From NCBI RefSeq assembly GCF_964194155.1, contig NC_135903.1, positions 31,992,001 to 32,056,000 of the forward strand: 64,000 nt of DNA, given 5' to 3'. The DNA comes from Cetorhinus maximus. Taxonomy: Eukaryota. This document shows, piece by piece, positions 11,569 to 26,000 of this stretch. Made by a program: the position numbers and the translations under genes. How positions within the stretch are numbered: the stretch's first letter is position 1; the number at the start of each line of letters is the position of its first letter. The notes beneath the pieces are model-generated. The model was not told the DNA's origin, searched no databases, and worked only from the letters and a program-made list of their open reading frames with translations.

Positions 11569-13319
11569 TGGGGGCAAATGGCTTGTTCTTGCACACTTCT
11601 TGCTCCCCTACCATTTACTAGAGGAAAACAAGGCTTCCTCATTACATCAAATAGAAGCCAAAGCAATCAGCTGTCTGGGGTCTTTTTTTTTGACAATTCC
11701 AGGCTGCAGAATTCAGTTAAATATGCTTCACTTAGAGAAATACATCTCCTAAATCGTACTTTATATTCATTTGAATGAGTAATGAAAAAACATGTACTCA
11801 TTAGTAGAATGAGAGGTGTTTTCTTTAACTCAGTTGGGTACCCACAGTTCAAGTTATTTATTTTTATTTCTGTGGGTTCTACACTAAAAACCTTTTATTT
11901 TGCAGACATTCATTCTGAAAATTAAGCATTTTAAGTTAGTCAAATGACTCTGGAGGAGTATTCAGCAGTGACACAGAACATCAGAGACACCTGTTACTCA
12001 TAAGAGTGACAGAAATCAACATTAGCAGAAGGGCTCCAGGCCCACAGCCAAGCCACAGATTACTGGGTTAACACTTGCAGCTGTAGAACGCATTTGGAAA
12101 AAATTGAAAGTATGGACATACTGTTAGTTAAAAACAGGCTCTACTGCAAAGATCTATTCAAGTCTGCAGGGAGGGCCATCGGAAGTGCACTCAGGTCCCT
12201 AGGATCCCATGTGGCCTCAATATACAAATCCTTTCAAGATAAATTAGGACAACACTTACATTGTTGAAAACAAAACTAGCTGCAGGAGACAGCTTCCTAC
12301 TAACCCACTGATCAAGTCTGAAGGAGTCAACCATTTTTTAACAGATGTTAAATAGCACTGTTAAAAGTCAGTGCAGTCCTGGCAGAGATAAACCCCACTT
12401 GAAGCTGCTTTTTTTTTTTCAGAAGAGGCCCACATTTCCCCTGGCAAACATCTTCTGCTAATCATGGGCAAGTCACATTATCACCATTTAAAACAATTTT
12501 TCTTTGCTGGAGACTTTAATCTAATGATTTCAGCAGAACGTTTATTTAATAACAAAAGGTTTGCGTTTCTTAGCCACCATCATATTTTAGTACTTCAGTT
12601 GGTTTTGGTTACCCCGATTTTCAGCAAACATTGGTGCAAAGACGGTGGTAAATGATAAGGAAAGAAAACAAGGCAAGTGAATAAAAGCAAACTAATGAAG
12701 AGTTACAAGGACAAATCTTAAATTACAGTTAAAAATGAATTAATCCGTTTTAATTTAATGCCGAATGATTGTATAAACCTAGCAGACTAGCTTGTATGAT
12801 AACAACATCACCTCAACTTTCATGAAGTCACCACATTTTGTTCTGTAGCTCTCAGCGCAATGCTCCTGTAACTGTGCGCTGTGCAGGGTAATCAGGTTAC
12901 AGAATACAAAGTTACTGCATACACCATCAGGCAGAGGTCCCAACACATATTATCTAGGAGGAATGTTTTATTAGGTCTTATATAGTTTTGTAGTAGTCAT
13001 GGTCTGAAAATTGGGCTCACCAGTAAACTTTGATTTTCATTCCTTCCCACGAGTTCTTGACTAATGAGCACAACATTCTCAACCCTTGCAAGATAAGTAG
13101 TGAACAGGGACAGTACTTGGCTAAGTGCAGAGATGGAGTTTAAAAATTGCGAGTGACTTCACAAGAAAAGGAAGCAGAAAAAGTTAAACTGGAGAAATTA
13201 ACGCTCAGTATCCTAATTTAGGGCAATTAGAAAAATCATAGCAATACGTAATTTACGTAGAATTTATAACTTCATTTATCCCCACTATGGAGGTTCACAC
13301 TAAGCATACAGCACAACTT

Positions 13320-13325
13320 TTTATT
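13320..13325 (-). promoter_or_regulatory. Candidate proximal poly(A) signal (AATAAA) of PSME3
   Basis: About 600 nt after the stop codon, followed by GT-rich sequence on the minus strand. Confidence 0.45.
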
Positions 13326-13918
13326 TTAAAAGAACATTTTCAAATACTTCTCTTTAAAAAAAAATGTTCACAGGTGATCAGTGGACAGTCAGTAGGTGTA
13401 CCGTAAAATATGGTGCAATAGGTGCTCCTTTCTACAATTTGCAGCCTGCAAACATGTGGCTGGTGTTCTCTGGGTATTTTCCTGTATGCAAAAGTTGTAC
13501 ATGACTAACCATTTAGCATTTACAGGATATTTTATACATCATCTTTCACGAACTTTAACTTTTTTTTAAGTGAGGGAAGGACGTGAAAGAAACAGAAAAA
13601 TACCATGGTAGGAAATAAAACGTGCCTCTAAACAGAATTTTTTGCTAAGATCACTAATACTGTACATTACAAAGAGATTTGTCAAAGAAAAATGTGAAAG
13701 AATTCCTGAGGATTAAAAACCTCTATACATCACAAAAATAAAAGATGAATGGAAATCCCTTTTCAGCTATTTCACTATAATGCAACGAACTCTGTGCTTC
13801 ATTTTTCAATCCATTCTTTCCATCTCAACAAGACCAATCTCACGTAACAAAGCCAAGGCAATCACGGTCTTATATTTGGGGTTACAAATGTCGGATTCCA
13901 ATTCACGAAGCACACACG

Positions 13919-13999
13919 TTAGTACAGTGCATCTGTGTTGCTGTTCCTGGGTCGTTTGATTTTCTCAATATTTTTGATGATCATGTCATGTAATGTTAC
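13919..13999 (-). CDS. PSME3: PSME3 (PA28-gamma) last coding exon
   Basis: CAG|VTLHDMIIKNIEKIKRPRNSNTDALY* matches the PA28-gamma C-terminus. Confidence 0.96.
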   Translation of the reverse strand, partial: VTLHDMIIKNIEKIKRPRNSNTDALY

Positions 14000-15314
14000 C
14001 TGTTTGGGGGAGGGGCAGGGGGTGGAAATGCGATATTTTAAATTTACAATGTTATTTTTTCTTTGATAACAGCGAGAACAGTAAATTAGTATCTTTGCAT
14101 CTATGGAACCTGGATTCAAATCAAACTAGACTGCTGGGTGAAAGTCTATCACACGTCAAACAACGTAAGCTTGCAGATTTACAACTTGCTGGCTTTGTAC
14201 AGATATTGGAACACATGTTGGCTGTTTTGATGATGCCAAAAGGACAGCCATTGTGAGAAATTGAACAGTTCACACCAATGTAGCAGGAGTCCGCTTTTGA
14301 GTTTTAGAGAAAGGCATATTGTGGTGGCAGAATAGAACAAAGCTGACAACTGACCATAATCTACCTGACCAATGACAACTTATTGCTGACCCTGGTTGCT
14401 GGAAAAAGAAAAGCAAGCTCTACTAAGAAGCTGACCTTCTTGAAAAAAAAAAAGCCAGAATGCTTTTAAGAGTTTATTTTGTGCCTCATTGTATAGTCTC
14501 AGGTCTCTGTCCAACGTATTTGCTCAGGTGAGCAAGAACAGCTTGGACCAATGATTGCGCTGCTTTTCCTGTTTTGGCATCTGTTGGGTACAGTGCATCA
14601 AGGATTCACTCATATGGAGATATTACACTATATCCACTAATTTGATGGTATTGCAATTCTGAGACCCTTAGTGACAAGGAATTCTATTACTCCCATCTAG
14701 AAATCTGCATAGCCTAAAAATATGACTTACCGGTGAAGTGCTCTTTTGTTCATTCAAATGAACAAAGCTGCAGGTACTAGAAAGTGCATGTGGCTCACAT
14801 TTTTGGATACAGGGGCTTCTCGTCGCATTTCCTCTTCAGAGCTATGCACGGAAAGTTGCTTTACATCACTGTTTTGGAGAATAAATCAGCCAAAACTTTA
14901 CTTAATGGGTCGTTTTATATCTAGGTTTTTTTAAAAAAAACCTGAACAATAGATGACCATATAGTTCTAAAACCCAAGCTGCATCATTCACAGAGTGTGA
15001 TGTAAGGGAACTTTAGGAGTACAGTTCTGCAGCAAAAAATGTCCCTCGCTCAACCTCCAACTCTGTGCAATTTGACACCAGCAGATTTAATCAGACTCAA
15101 AAAACCTCTATGGCACCCATGACGTTTTAGTTTCTCGACAGCCAGCAGAGTGAGACTGCTCTCAAATTGAATGGTACCAACAAATATTCAGTGTGACAGG
15201 ACAACAAAAGCAAATTATTCACTTTAGGAGCAAGAATTGAAATTATCTGTCTACCTCTTCCCTCACTTTACGTGCTCAATACAATTTCCAAACCAACATA
15301 TACTGACACGAGTA

Positions 15315-15527
15315 CAAAAGCAAAATGCCGCGGATGCTAGAAATCCCCAGTAGGTTTAGGCAGCAGCTGCAGAGAGAGAAACCGAGTCAATGTTTTAGAT
15401 CAATGAAGCATCAGAATGTTTCGACAGGACGACAAGAGGTCATCGACCAGAAATGTTAACTTTGTTTCTCACTCCTCAGGTGCTGCTAGACCTGCTGAGT
15501 ATTTCCAGCATTTCCTATTTTTACTTT
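15315..15527. mobile_element. Degenerate fold-back element from Penelope 3' ends
   Basis: Both arms resemble 39650-39722 and 41738-41948 (GATGCTG..AGACCTGCTGAG..TTCCAGCA) in inverted orientation. Confidence 0.6.
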
Positions 15528-17056
15528 GACATAGACAAGCTTGAAATAATATCTTGGAAAGGATCGGTGGAGGGTGGAATTGAGAGAGAGGGAGAAAAAC
15601 ACTCAAAGGGTAGAAATTCCTCTCGGGCAGTGGCACAAAACGCGCAGCTGGTTTGACACCAACCATCTTGTGCCATTGCCCAACATGTAATTCTGCATCT
15701 CAAACTTTATAGTTTGGATTTGCTAGGTTTCTTTCCAGCAAGTTGGATATCTGAAATACAGTAAAAGTCAAGTTTAGGAGCCTCTAAATTGAGACTGAGA
15801 AATCTCTACAGATAGTTTGTTTGCCCAATCTGGACGTGTGCATATTCCATCCCATTCATTCAAGTCCAGGTAGCTTAAACAAAATTTGGTACATCATGGC
15901 TCAGGGTAGTGGAGTAACTAATGGCTCAGGGTAGTGGAGTAGCTTGGAGTTTAACCAATCAAAATCATACAGCACATCACTGTAGAACTGGTAAACTTCC
16001 TATTTCTTGCCCAGCCAAGGTCATCTTACTGACTAGGGTAATGGTTTGCATGGTTATGTGAAACTCATTAGGAAGAATCCCAACAGGTTTAACACGAAAA
16101 GAATTACTGGGGAAGCAGAGTGATTAGATTAGTCAATTAATGAATGTGTCAATCTCAGGTATTGCATTACAGAATCTAAGAGGGTAAACTGTGTTCTTGG
16201 TTCTGAATTTTCATTGGCAGGCATGTGATTTTGAAGCCCTCTTAACCCTAAAGCAACCAGCTTATTTCTCTTGCTATCAGGAGGAGGGTCACTAGTCATG
16301 AGGCAATAGGCAGTGATTAAAAAACGTTTTCACTTTGCACTTAAACGCTACCAAGTGCTGCCATGCGTGTATCAGATGGGAGACTTATTTTATACTGTCC
16401 TCAACGATGACTTGCCAACAACATGTTTCACCATGTTGGTATGAATTCACGATATCCCATACTAGTCATCCTTGGAACTTCTCAAGTTCAGACTGTAGTG
16501 GATTGATCACCATTAGGAATTGGACTGAAACTGCCCATTTCACTTCAGTCTTCAATTAGCAGAGAAGAATATTCATCCAGTCAGTCAATCTGGATTAAAT
16601 TTGGGCCCAGGTTGTAACACAAAAGGACATCTATATCGTTGGACTTTTAATAACCATATAATTAGTGTTAGCAATGTATTTGAAAAGTTGATAAAGCCAG
16701 GTTCCTTATGTAGGTGTTTAGAGTTCTTTAACCAATATCATGATCAAAGTTAACATACATAGGTTTCGGTTTTGAGAGAAAGGAAAAAGCACACTGCACC
16801 ACAGAGGACTGGAACAATGATATGCACCTGCAATTATCCACAGGGGAAATTCCCCACACTCTACTATGAAAGGAGAGCACCCAGCCCACATCAGGACATG
16901 TCCCCAGTGAAGCCCAGGAGAAGTTATTATGCAGCAGAAGTCATTGCCTTTACTGGAGAAACATTTAAAAAAAAAGTGGGCAAAGAAGTGAAAAAAAATA
17001 CAAGAGATCACTGTCATGATTAGATCATCGTACATCTGTGCTGATTTTATACTTAC

Positions 17057-17143
17057 ATATTGATTTCTCAGTTCAGAAACAATTAATCGAAGACTGATAT
17101 ATTCCTTTTCGTCAATTTCAGACACTGTGCGACGGTAATCTTC
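17057..17143 (-). CDS. PSME3: PSME3 exon 10
   Basis: AG|EDYRRTVSEIDEKEYISLRLIVSELRNQY|GTAAGT, 87 nt. Confidence 0.96.
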
Positions 17144-18499
17144 CTAAAAATCCGAAACAGGTAAATTGTTGGTCCAGCTTCGTTTTCAAACAATGCTGCA
17201 AACTGATTAATTCCCTAGTGTCCAGCAGTTAAAGCTACCCACCATTCTCATTCAATTTCAGCAGATTTGACAACAGTGACATTGCAATTGATCTTGGCAT
17301 TAGTAGACTACAGAAGGAAAGTCAATCACAACCTCCTGATCGTAAAGTGTGCATTGCAGATTTGAAGTGAGGGCAGAATTTGCTCCACAGTGATGTTTCG
17401 TCCCTCACCAACACTCACTATTTATGCTCATGAATGGAGCGAAGACTTAGAAGAGGTGTTAGAAGGTATGTGGCAAAGAAGCTAGACCTGGCAGGAATTA
17501 ATGTTTGAGGGGAGAGGGGAAGCAAAAAGAATCGCCAAATTTCCACAAAACACCTACTGCGCCAGTCCGTGTTGTCCGAGAAATTTAAACGTGTCATTAT
17601 AGGGAAAAAAAACAGCCTTTAATACCAGAATAATAACATTAAATATATTACTGAGCTGCAAGAATGTGGTGGCATGTGAAATCCTGTTCATCTAGTTAGC
17701 AATGAATGTAAATAGGATAAATACCCTATGGCAATGTTTTTGGTGAATTTTGTAGTCCTGGCAGAGATTAATGTTTTATTTTTAAACAAATTCAATTTTG
17801 CAGTTAATGCCCATATCAAACACTCTCAAAGCATGGTTTAGATTTGAAATAGTTCAATTTCCATCTGTTCCAACCATGTGATTTAATTTCAACTTCTAAA
17901 AACATTGTGGCTGCCTGAAGTCGGACTGCACTGGACCCCTAAACAGTGGAGCAAAGAAGAGATGGTCCTAACTCATTCCACCTCAGCTCTGAATGTCCCC
18001 AATCAATTAACCTTGGCTAGATTTGTACCCAGGCTGTGGAGGCAATAAAAGTTTTCAGAAGTAGTGCACGAATTAACTATCTAATTGAGATTTTATAATG
18101 AGTTAATTAAGAGATGAAATGAGTGCCAAGTAATTCAGTCATCTCACAAAATGCATTCCTTAATGCATAGCTGTATTTAGCATTTGCGACTAATAGAAAT
18201 TCTTTAATTCAAAAAAATACACTGTTCCATTGCCTCTCACCACAAGCAAATAAAGCTTCAGGGTACCATTGATCTTTTCTTTTGAAAATTACTTTTTCTT
18301 TTCAGGTCACATACCTAGCTCTCCAGGACTTTGAATTCAGTCCTTTGATTTTCAGTTGGTACAGGAAGTTATATTTAAGTTGCATTTAGTGACGTCAAGG
18401 TACAGCTTATTACACTGAATTCTAATCATTGCCACCATAGACAATTTGCTTTCTAAATACACGAGTGAAACGGTACTCTCGCCTCTCTCCATTTTTTAA

Positions 18500-19010
18500 A
18501 CAACTTACATTTATATATTATCTTTAATGTTATAAAACATCCCAAGGCACTTCAGAGGAAATATAAAACAAAATATATGACACCTAGCCACATATAGAGA
18601 TATTGAGGAGTGTTTTAAAGGAGGAAAACGAGGCAGAGGTTTAGGGAGAGGTTTCCAAAGCTTAAGGCCAAGGCAGTTGAAAGCACAGCCAGTGGTTGCG
18701 AGATTAAAAATCAGAGTGGAGATGGCCGATGTTATCAAGGTGGAAATAGGCAGTCTTAGCAATGCCATGAGTATGCTTGAAAGCTCACCACTACGTCAAA
18801 TATGACAGGTTGTGAAGTCTGGTTCAGCTTAAGACAATTGCCAGAGAAAGGAATGGAATTGGTGGTGAGGGAGCACAATTAGTAACAGGACCGAAGACTT
18901 CAGTCTTCCCAATATTTGATCAGAAAAAAATTTCTCCTCTGACAATTTAGAGACAGCAGGTTGGGATAAGTGGTGGTGAGGAAGAGCTGGGTGCCATCAG
19001 CGCATACAGA
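18500..19010 (-). mobile_element. L2-like LINE fragment
   Basis: Similar to 48210-48650 and 61600-62630 (AAACATCCCAAGGCAC tail, GAGGTTTAGGGAG core). Boundaries approximate. Confidence 0.55.
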
Positions 19011-19267
19011 GATCACTAATAATTTCAGTTGCAATGTTAGGATAAAACGTACCCATATCCCTTATTAGCCATTGTGTGAGAGATCAAAAAATCTTTGAAT
19101 AAAGCCAAGAAAAAGTGTGATTAACTATGTGTAATTGTGTAGGATTTGGTAATAGGAACCAGCTAATGAGCTAACTTGCTAGGCTTGGAATTCACTGCAG
19201 ACCTAACATTGTTCATTTTGGTGACATAAACACTTTCACATCAAAATACAGTTTTATTTCCACTTAC

Positions 19268-19322
19268 CACATGGGGATACTTAGCTACTTTGGACACCAA
19301 TTTTGCTCTTGTAATGTAGTAT
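19268..19322 (-). CDS. PSME3: PSME3 exon 9
   Basis: CAG|(R)YYITRAKLVSKVAKYPHV|GTAAGT, 55 nt. Confidence 0.96.
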
Positions 19323-19558
19323 CTGGAAAGCCACAAATATATAATTTGTTTTAATTTGGGTTTTGTTGGCTTGTAGAGCCAGAAAGCTGAGCATTATTTA
19401 TTGTATACTAGTTATACTCAATCTATTGCTCTGAAGCCTTAAAAAAAAGTTAAAATCTTAAATAGAGTATATTTAAGTTTGTGTTCTAAAAGGTTCCAAC
19501 TAAAATGTACTAATGGATAAATCCAGATAATGATTTGTACATTAAAATCTGTACTTAC

Positions 19559-19626
19559 CGGGAGATCTGATCCAAGTATGAAGCAGCTTCACTTTCAACT
19601 GTTCGAAGTTCTGCAACAGTCTCTTC
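19559..19626 (-). CDS. PSME3: PSME3 exon 8
   Basis: AAG|EETVAELRTVESEAASYLDQIS(R)|GTAAGT, 68 nt. Confidence 0.96.
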
Positions 19627-20920
19627 CTTTAATTGTACGGAAAGGGGAAACAAAAGATTGAGCAAATTCTGCGAAAACCTTGCAGTCTGATTATAAAGAA
19701 TTTTTGCCAAATTTGAACCTTTGTTCAGGTTATTTAATATTGCATTAAAGGCATAGTCACCATTAATTTACTTGAAGAAAATCTCCATTTCAAACTGAAC
19801 TTGAGTCAATATTCTACCCATTGTTCCTTTAAATTCCAATACAATGACAACGGCATTCAAGTTAACGGGCAGCCCGAATGCAGAGTTGGTGAAAAAAGCA
19901 GTGCTTTCAATCTCATGTAACACTCCTCTGAAAACATATGTTTAAAAGCCTACATGAAAAATTATATTCTTAAATCCATAGCAGTTTTAGTGAAACGTGG
20001 CACATTGGACTTGAGCCATGATCATCATTACACAAGATTGGCATCAAAGAGCAAGAAAAACCTTAAAATGAATGGCAGCCAGACAGGAACAGATCCAGAC
20101 AACTGCTCGGGTCATGGTGGGTTTGTGTGTCACTTCCTACATTAAAAAACAGCTAAGAAATTTTACAGCTTCTCTAATGCTTCTGGAGGACCACATTCTA
20201 TTGGAACCTTTACAGTATTAGGTTTTTTTAAAAAAAAAATGTAGTGCAATAAATGAAGTAATGATAAACCAAGGAGACCCAGCCAGTTGTGAATAGCAGA
20301 AATGGAACAGTGCTGTTAAAAATGTAATACATGTGCATTTGATCATTTATACTTTATAACGCAATACTCACACACGTGGATAAAGTTATTTGCAAACTCT
20401 TCCTTTGCAATTCCAGTTTGCATTTTTTTTTTAAGCATGACAAGACAGGGAATGTTGAGGAAACGACCAAATGACACCTTAAACTACCAGCTTGCCTTTT
20501 CATATTTGGCACTTGGTTTGAATGGAGTCCAGGTAGAGATGAAAGTGGCCACACCCCTGCTAGCAGCAAAGTTCCTGTGTGAAACGTGTCTGGACACTCT
20601 GGATGCCATCCTTTGCGGAGATGCAATTCCACAGAACAAAGCTATTTGCAATTCAACAATCAGCATGGCAATCTGAGTTACAGCAGCGCAGTACTTAGCT
20701 GCAGCTATCACCATGCACCCAGCCACACAGCAAGGGTCGAGAGTGCTTGACGTTGATATGTAGCTGAAGGGGAAAGGCACTCCAATTCCAGCTGACAACT
20801 CTCAGCTTGATCCACTGGGGGAGGGGGAAGACCCCAAAATGCAAAATAAATCGCAAATGGAGAGTGTAGAAAAAAATAGGTGTAAAGCTAAAGAAATACT
20901 ACACATGAAGAAGGTATTAC

Positions 20921-20989
20921 CTGAATAGAAACACCAAAGTTGTTGCCATCTTCTATCCTTGGTATTAATAGCTGAACCCACATTTTAAC
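20921..20989 (-). CDS. PSME3: PSME3 exon 7 (activation loop)
   Basis: TAG|VKMWVQLLIPRIEDGNNFGVSIQ|GTAATA, 69 nt. Confidence 0.96.
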
Positions 20990-22984
20990 CTAAGGCATGT
21001 TCAAAAAAATGGATATTATACAGCTGCACAACCCACATTTACAGGAAATTAAGATAACACTAAATAACACCATAAATACAGCAAAGATCTTGCATCTGGT
21101 GTCATGATTATTTTTTTCTCCCGACGCACAATAATGTCATATGGGAAAAGAGGAAGGAATAGAATGTTCTCTTGGCTTTGCTTACTGAATATTGGCCAAT
21201 AACTAAGTCTTTGGTTTCTAGAGTTCGAAGTGACTAGGGCATCAGAATTTCTGCAGCCACTTTAATACACTTTGCTCCTTATTATTATTCTAAATATTAA
21301 TGTTTTTCTTCATGTGCTGCTTTCATCGAGGACACCGTCAGCTACTTAAATATATGCTTCAAGTTGTTTCTGCAGAGTTCAGATTTGTGACATATACATT
21401 TACAGCACAGGAGGAGGAGCCCATTCGGCCCATCGTGTCCACACCAGTCAGCAAAGATCTGGTTACACTAATCCTATTTTCTAGCGCTTGGCCCATAGCC
21501 CTGGAGGCTATGGCATCGCGAGTGAATATCTAAATACTTCTTAAATGCTACGATTGTTTCTGACTCAACCACCCTTTCAGGCGTCAGATAGTTAAAAACA
21601 GTTGATAATCATTTTTTTTTCCCTAAATGGCAATCAACTTTTGTTAAAAGGGGCAGGGTTAGACTGAGACATGGACATGGCGTGGTAATTCCAATTCTTC
21701 AGGTGATGCACAAAGGCATGGAGCACTGGACATGGCCACATCTTTGCTTAGGAGAATGTGCATCTCAGGACCCATTCCGCTTAGACATCCCTATTTTAAA
21801 TACTCCTGAACATCATGTTGTGCAGTCAATGGTATCTTTGCTTGATGTTCTGTAATGTACATTTCATAAAGTACTGTATGGGGGGGTGGGGGAGAACAAC
21901 AACAACATTCCCCACCCGTTTTAGCATTAGACTGTGGGTGTACCTACACCGCATGGACTGCCACGTTCAAGGAGGCAGCTCACCACCACCTTCTCAAAGG
22001 CAACTAGGGATGGGCAATAAATGCTGGCCCAGCCAGTGAAGCCTACATCCTGGGAATGAATAAAAAAACTTCAATCCAAATTGAGTGGACCATCCCTCTG
22101 AACTCCAACCTCATACATACTTACCTTTAGCGTTAGGTACTATATTCTCCATCTATATTCCTACAAAGGGCATAGTCCAACAATACTGGGAGGACATTTG
22201 GCAATATTTTATTTACCATGGGACTTTTTATTTGTTCCCTCTTATTTTTCTCCTCTCTGTTCCTGCAGTTGTTGATTCCTTACTGGGGTAGAATTCCATG
22301 GTCTCAATCATCCTGTAAGTATCTTACCCAAGTGAACAATGTTTTAGGAGATGTACAAAGCTGTTACATCATGGCATTCCTGATGAAGAGCAAAAAGCTA
22401 CGGGTGAAAATATTTTGAATATTCACTTCAAATTGCCTGAGGCAGGACATTACCAGTAATCTTTTATCACATTTCGTGTGTGTATCAGGATCCGTATTAG
22501 TTGTGTGTTAGTGTCACAAGAGGTCAGTTTCCAGATTTATGCCAGAGGGCTGCGACAGAATGGCAGTTTCTTCCACATTATGGCCTCATTTGTAAAGAAT
22601 AGTCCTGAAACAAGGGCTGGACTACTTCTACAAAATACTTGAAAAATCAGAGGAAGCTCGTGTGGTTCACGCTCAACTAGTTTTTTTCTAGTTCTACAAT
22701 GTCCTTATATGTGCCACTGAGGAAATAGTAGGAAAGTCTTTTTTTAAACTCTGAATTTCTACAATATCTTTTCTCCACAGACTGACCAGCAAAGGGCATG
22801 TCTGGCTGGTGAAATTTCTCAACGTCATGGCAAGTTGGTCCTCATGGGGCTGTGCTCATCGTCATCCAAACTTAAATGTAGAAGTGCAGCACCCTGCCAC
22901 AACCAAATTCTGGAATAAACAGTTTGCTAACTGTGCAGTGTCCAGCCTGCACTTGAGGTTACAGTCGCAAAATATGTCACGTAC

Positions 22985-23097
22985 CGTATTGCACTTTTCC
23001 ATCAGTGTCCTGATTTCCGGTTTTATTTTCTCAATCATCTCCACCAGTTGCTGGTTGCTCTTCAGCATTCCATTTGGAATTACGAACACCTTTGTAC
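22985..23097 (-). CDS. PSME3: PSME3 exon 6
   Basis: CAG|(G)TKVFVIPNGMLKSNQQLVEMIEKIKPEIRTLMEKCNT|GTACGT, 113 nt. Confidence 0.96.
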
Positions 23098-26000
23098 CTG
23101 TAATTGCAAAATTTAACATGACTATCTGATCAAGTAGGGAAAATCAGAGTGCATTCTGCACTTAGAAGAAAAAAAATACTGCAATGCTCTAACTTTGGCA
23201 GTAAAGTTGCTAACTCCCAAAAATAAAAACAGATGCTGGAAATAAAGAGAGTGCAAATCAAACAGCGCTTGAGAACAAGACAGGTTAACTTGAGTGTTAG
23301 ACCTTCACCAGAATAGTCCTTACGTCAAAAACATTAAACAGCTCAACACATGACAGATTTACTAAACGCTTCCAACGTTTTGCACTTTTTAAATCCCGAG
23401 AGTTGCAGCAATTAGTTTATCTTCACTGTCTGAATCTCAGAGTATGAATGACTAAGTGCCAACTGTGAGCAACTATGGTTGAATTTACTAATACGGATTT
23501 AATTAAGATTATGCATTGAAAGAAAATGGCCAAAATCAATAAAAACACAATTTTCAAGAAAATTACATTATAAATGGGCAGTCAAATAGCACTTTTAAGG
23601 ATGTAATGTAGATGAACTTTTAATAACACTCCAGATATCTTGCCACCTTTCTCAGTTCTTCCAATTTTTTTCTGTAGTCTTGTGTCCATTAATCACTTTT
23701 AAAATTATGTTTTTTGTTTCCTACTCTTCTTGATTTCTCAAAGTAGAGGGTGTCATTGCTAGGAAATGAAACATTTTCTGGTTTCCACCAGAAAATGCTC
23801 CCAAGTGAGATGTTCCGAACACTAGGCCCAAAGCAAGGCTTCCTCAAGTCAGTCCAAATACTGTATGTTAACAGAAAAAATACTGTCAACTCTAGAGAAT
23901 CTTTCATGTCCCAACCTCAATTCTCTTACCGTTTTAGTGAGGGAGATTGTGGATCTATGAAATTATGGACATTCCTGTGGTTTATACTGGCACCACTAGG
24001 AACTGGGAAAATCTGATTTTCCTTCAAACCTGGGTCACTCTGTTTGAATCTCTCCACCAAATTTCCACTCCCACCATATCACTGAAATCAAAAGTCACAA
24101 ACTACCTCCTCCACAATTCTGACCTCAAAGCCCAGTCTCTTTGACCCAAGGTTTTGGTCACTCCTCCTAATGAATGCATGATGAAATATCATCAACCTGA
24201 AAAGTTAATGTTGTTTCTCTATCCACGAATGCTCCCTGATCTGGTGAATGTTTACAGAGTCACTAGAGCACAGGAGGTCACCACTCGGCCCATCAAGTCC
24301 ATGCCGACTCTCTGTAGAACAATCCAATTAGTTCCATTCCCCTACCCTATCCCCATTACCTTGCAAGTTTATTTTCCTCAAGTGCCCATCCAACTTCCTT
24401 TTGATCACCTCCCCTGCCACTGCCCTCATTGGCAGTGAATTCAGTTTTCTGTTTGTATTCGGCTTAACATCCATTCTACTACTTGCCCCCTGACTCAATG
24501 TTCTGGCCTCATTCGTGAGCCTAATATGCAGTAACTTATTGAAGGTCCTTTGAAAAACCAAATATATTATAACCTACACCATGCCCTAACCTGCTTTTTC
24601 TGTCGCTTCCTCAATGAATTTCCAACAAGCTGGTCAAACATCAAACACGATGTTCCCTTTCAAATCAGTCTTCTAACCCCGTGGCTCCATTCTTGAATGC
24701 CTCCAATCAGATTTCTGCTGCTGCCACACAGTGAAATAGCCCTCTCAAAGTCACAATTGACATGTTACGTGGCTTTGTCCATGGCAACTACCCCTCCTCA
24801 ACCTTTTCACTCTGTCCGCAGCCTTTGACATGATTCGACTACGCAATACTCTCTCTGGTCACAGTCTGAGGCTGGACCAGACCATACGCAACCTTAACAT
24901 CCTATTTAACCCAAAGGTCTAACATTTTCAGTTTTTATTCCAAATATCGTCTTGTTTGCTCAGCACCCATTATTTTTTCTGACATCCTTGAAATACCTTG
25001 GAATGCATATTTCTACGTGAATGTAAGTCTGTTGTTTAAAATGACCCAGTCCAACCCTTGGAACTTTCTAATCAAGACAGAATCGCTATTTTTCTGGTCA
25101 TATGGAATGTCTAATCTCTAATGTTGTACGTATCTGGCTCGCTAGTAAACTGCCCAATTAATCACGAGTACAGAGTCAAATGTCATTGCAAGCAATGGGG
25201 ATCACAGTTCCTATAATAGATAACTTGGGTCCCGTGTAGATCTAAATACAGAGTGGCAAATTTATAATAATAATGACTCTTTTTTGCTGCAATCCCTCAA
25301 TTTAATTTTTAGAACATATTTGACACTTGTCTCTTCTAAAAGTAATTCCATAATTTGATCGCACTAGTAGACTTCAAGATCTCCTCACCCACCTTCAGTC
25401 TAGTCACCAACTCTTTTCCTCTCCCTGTGGGAGAGGTCAGTGTTACACAAATGGAAAATGCAATAAACCATACAAGTCATGATATGGCTCAAAGAGGGTT
25501 AACGCAGAGAATTTGACAATTTCTGTGCGCTAAAATAATTTTTATAAGCAAGCCATACATCTTCAGACAAGGAACTTCAGCAGCTCAGAGCCCCTTACGC
25601 AAGTGGCTTTGCTTAATAATTTATGGAGCTGGAAAGCAAACTTCCTTTCCAAAAAGCAATCAGCATACAAATTGCTATATAAACATGTCAAAATGTTTGT
25701 ACAAAGCAGCTTCACAATTTGGAAGTCTGAACTAACATTAAAACTTGGCCTGACATGAAAACTCCCTTTTCTCTCCCAGCAATTTTTTTGTTTTAAAAGA
25801 GGGGAAAGATTGAACATTTTCACACTTTTAAACAGTTAAAACATGCATTCATTGTTTCCCAGACTGGTTCCTGGAAAAATATAATTTTCCTAAACCTCAC
25901 AGTATATGCTAATTATTTATTGTTTTTGGAAAACACAAGTTATTTCTAATCAGGGCTTTTTTTAAGAAACTGTACGATGATATAATTGGCACAAAATATC

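Noticed and set aside
12012-12040. AACATTAGCAGAAGGGCTCCAGG resembling the end of BECN1 coding exon 4
   Set aside because: About 18/23 identity with no flanking alignment and no donor GT; not distinguishable from chance by eye.
13412-13420. GTGCAATA miR-25/92 8-mer site in the PSME3 3' UTR
   Set aside because: It is on the + strand; the PSME3 mRNA reads the reverse complement.
15896-15941. Short direct repeat ATGGCTCAGGGTAGTGGAGTA x2 (similar case at 2640-2685)
   Set aside because: Ordinary slippage duplication with no further structure.
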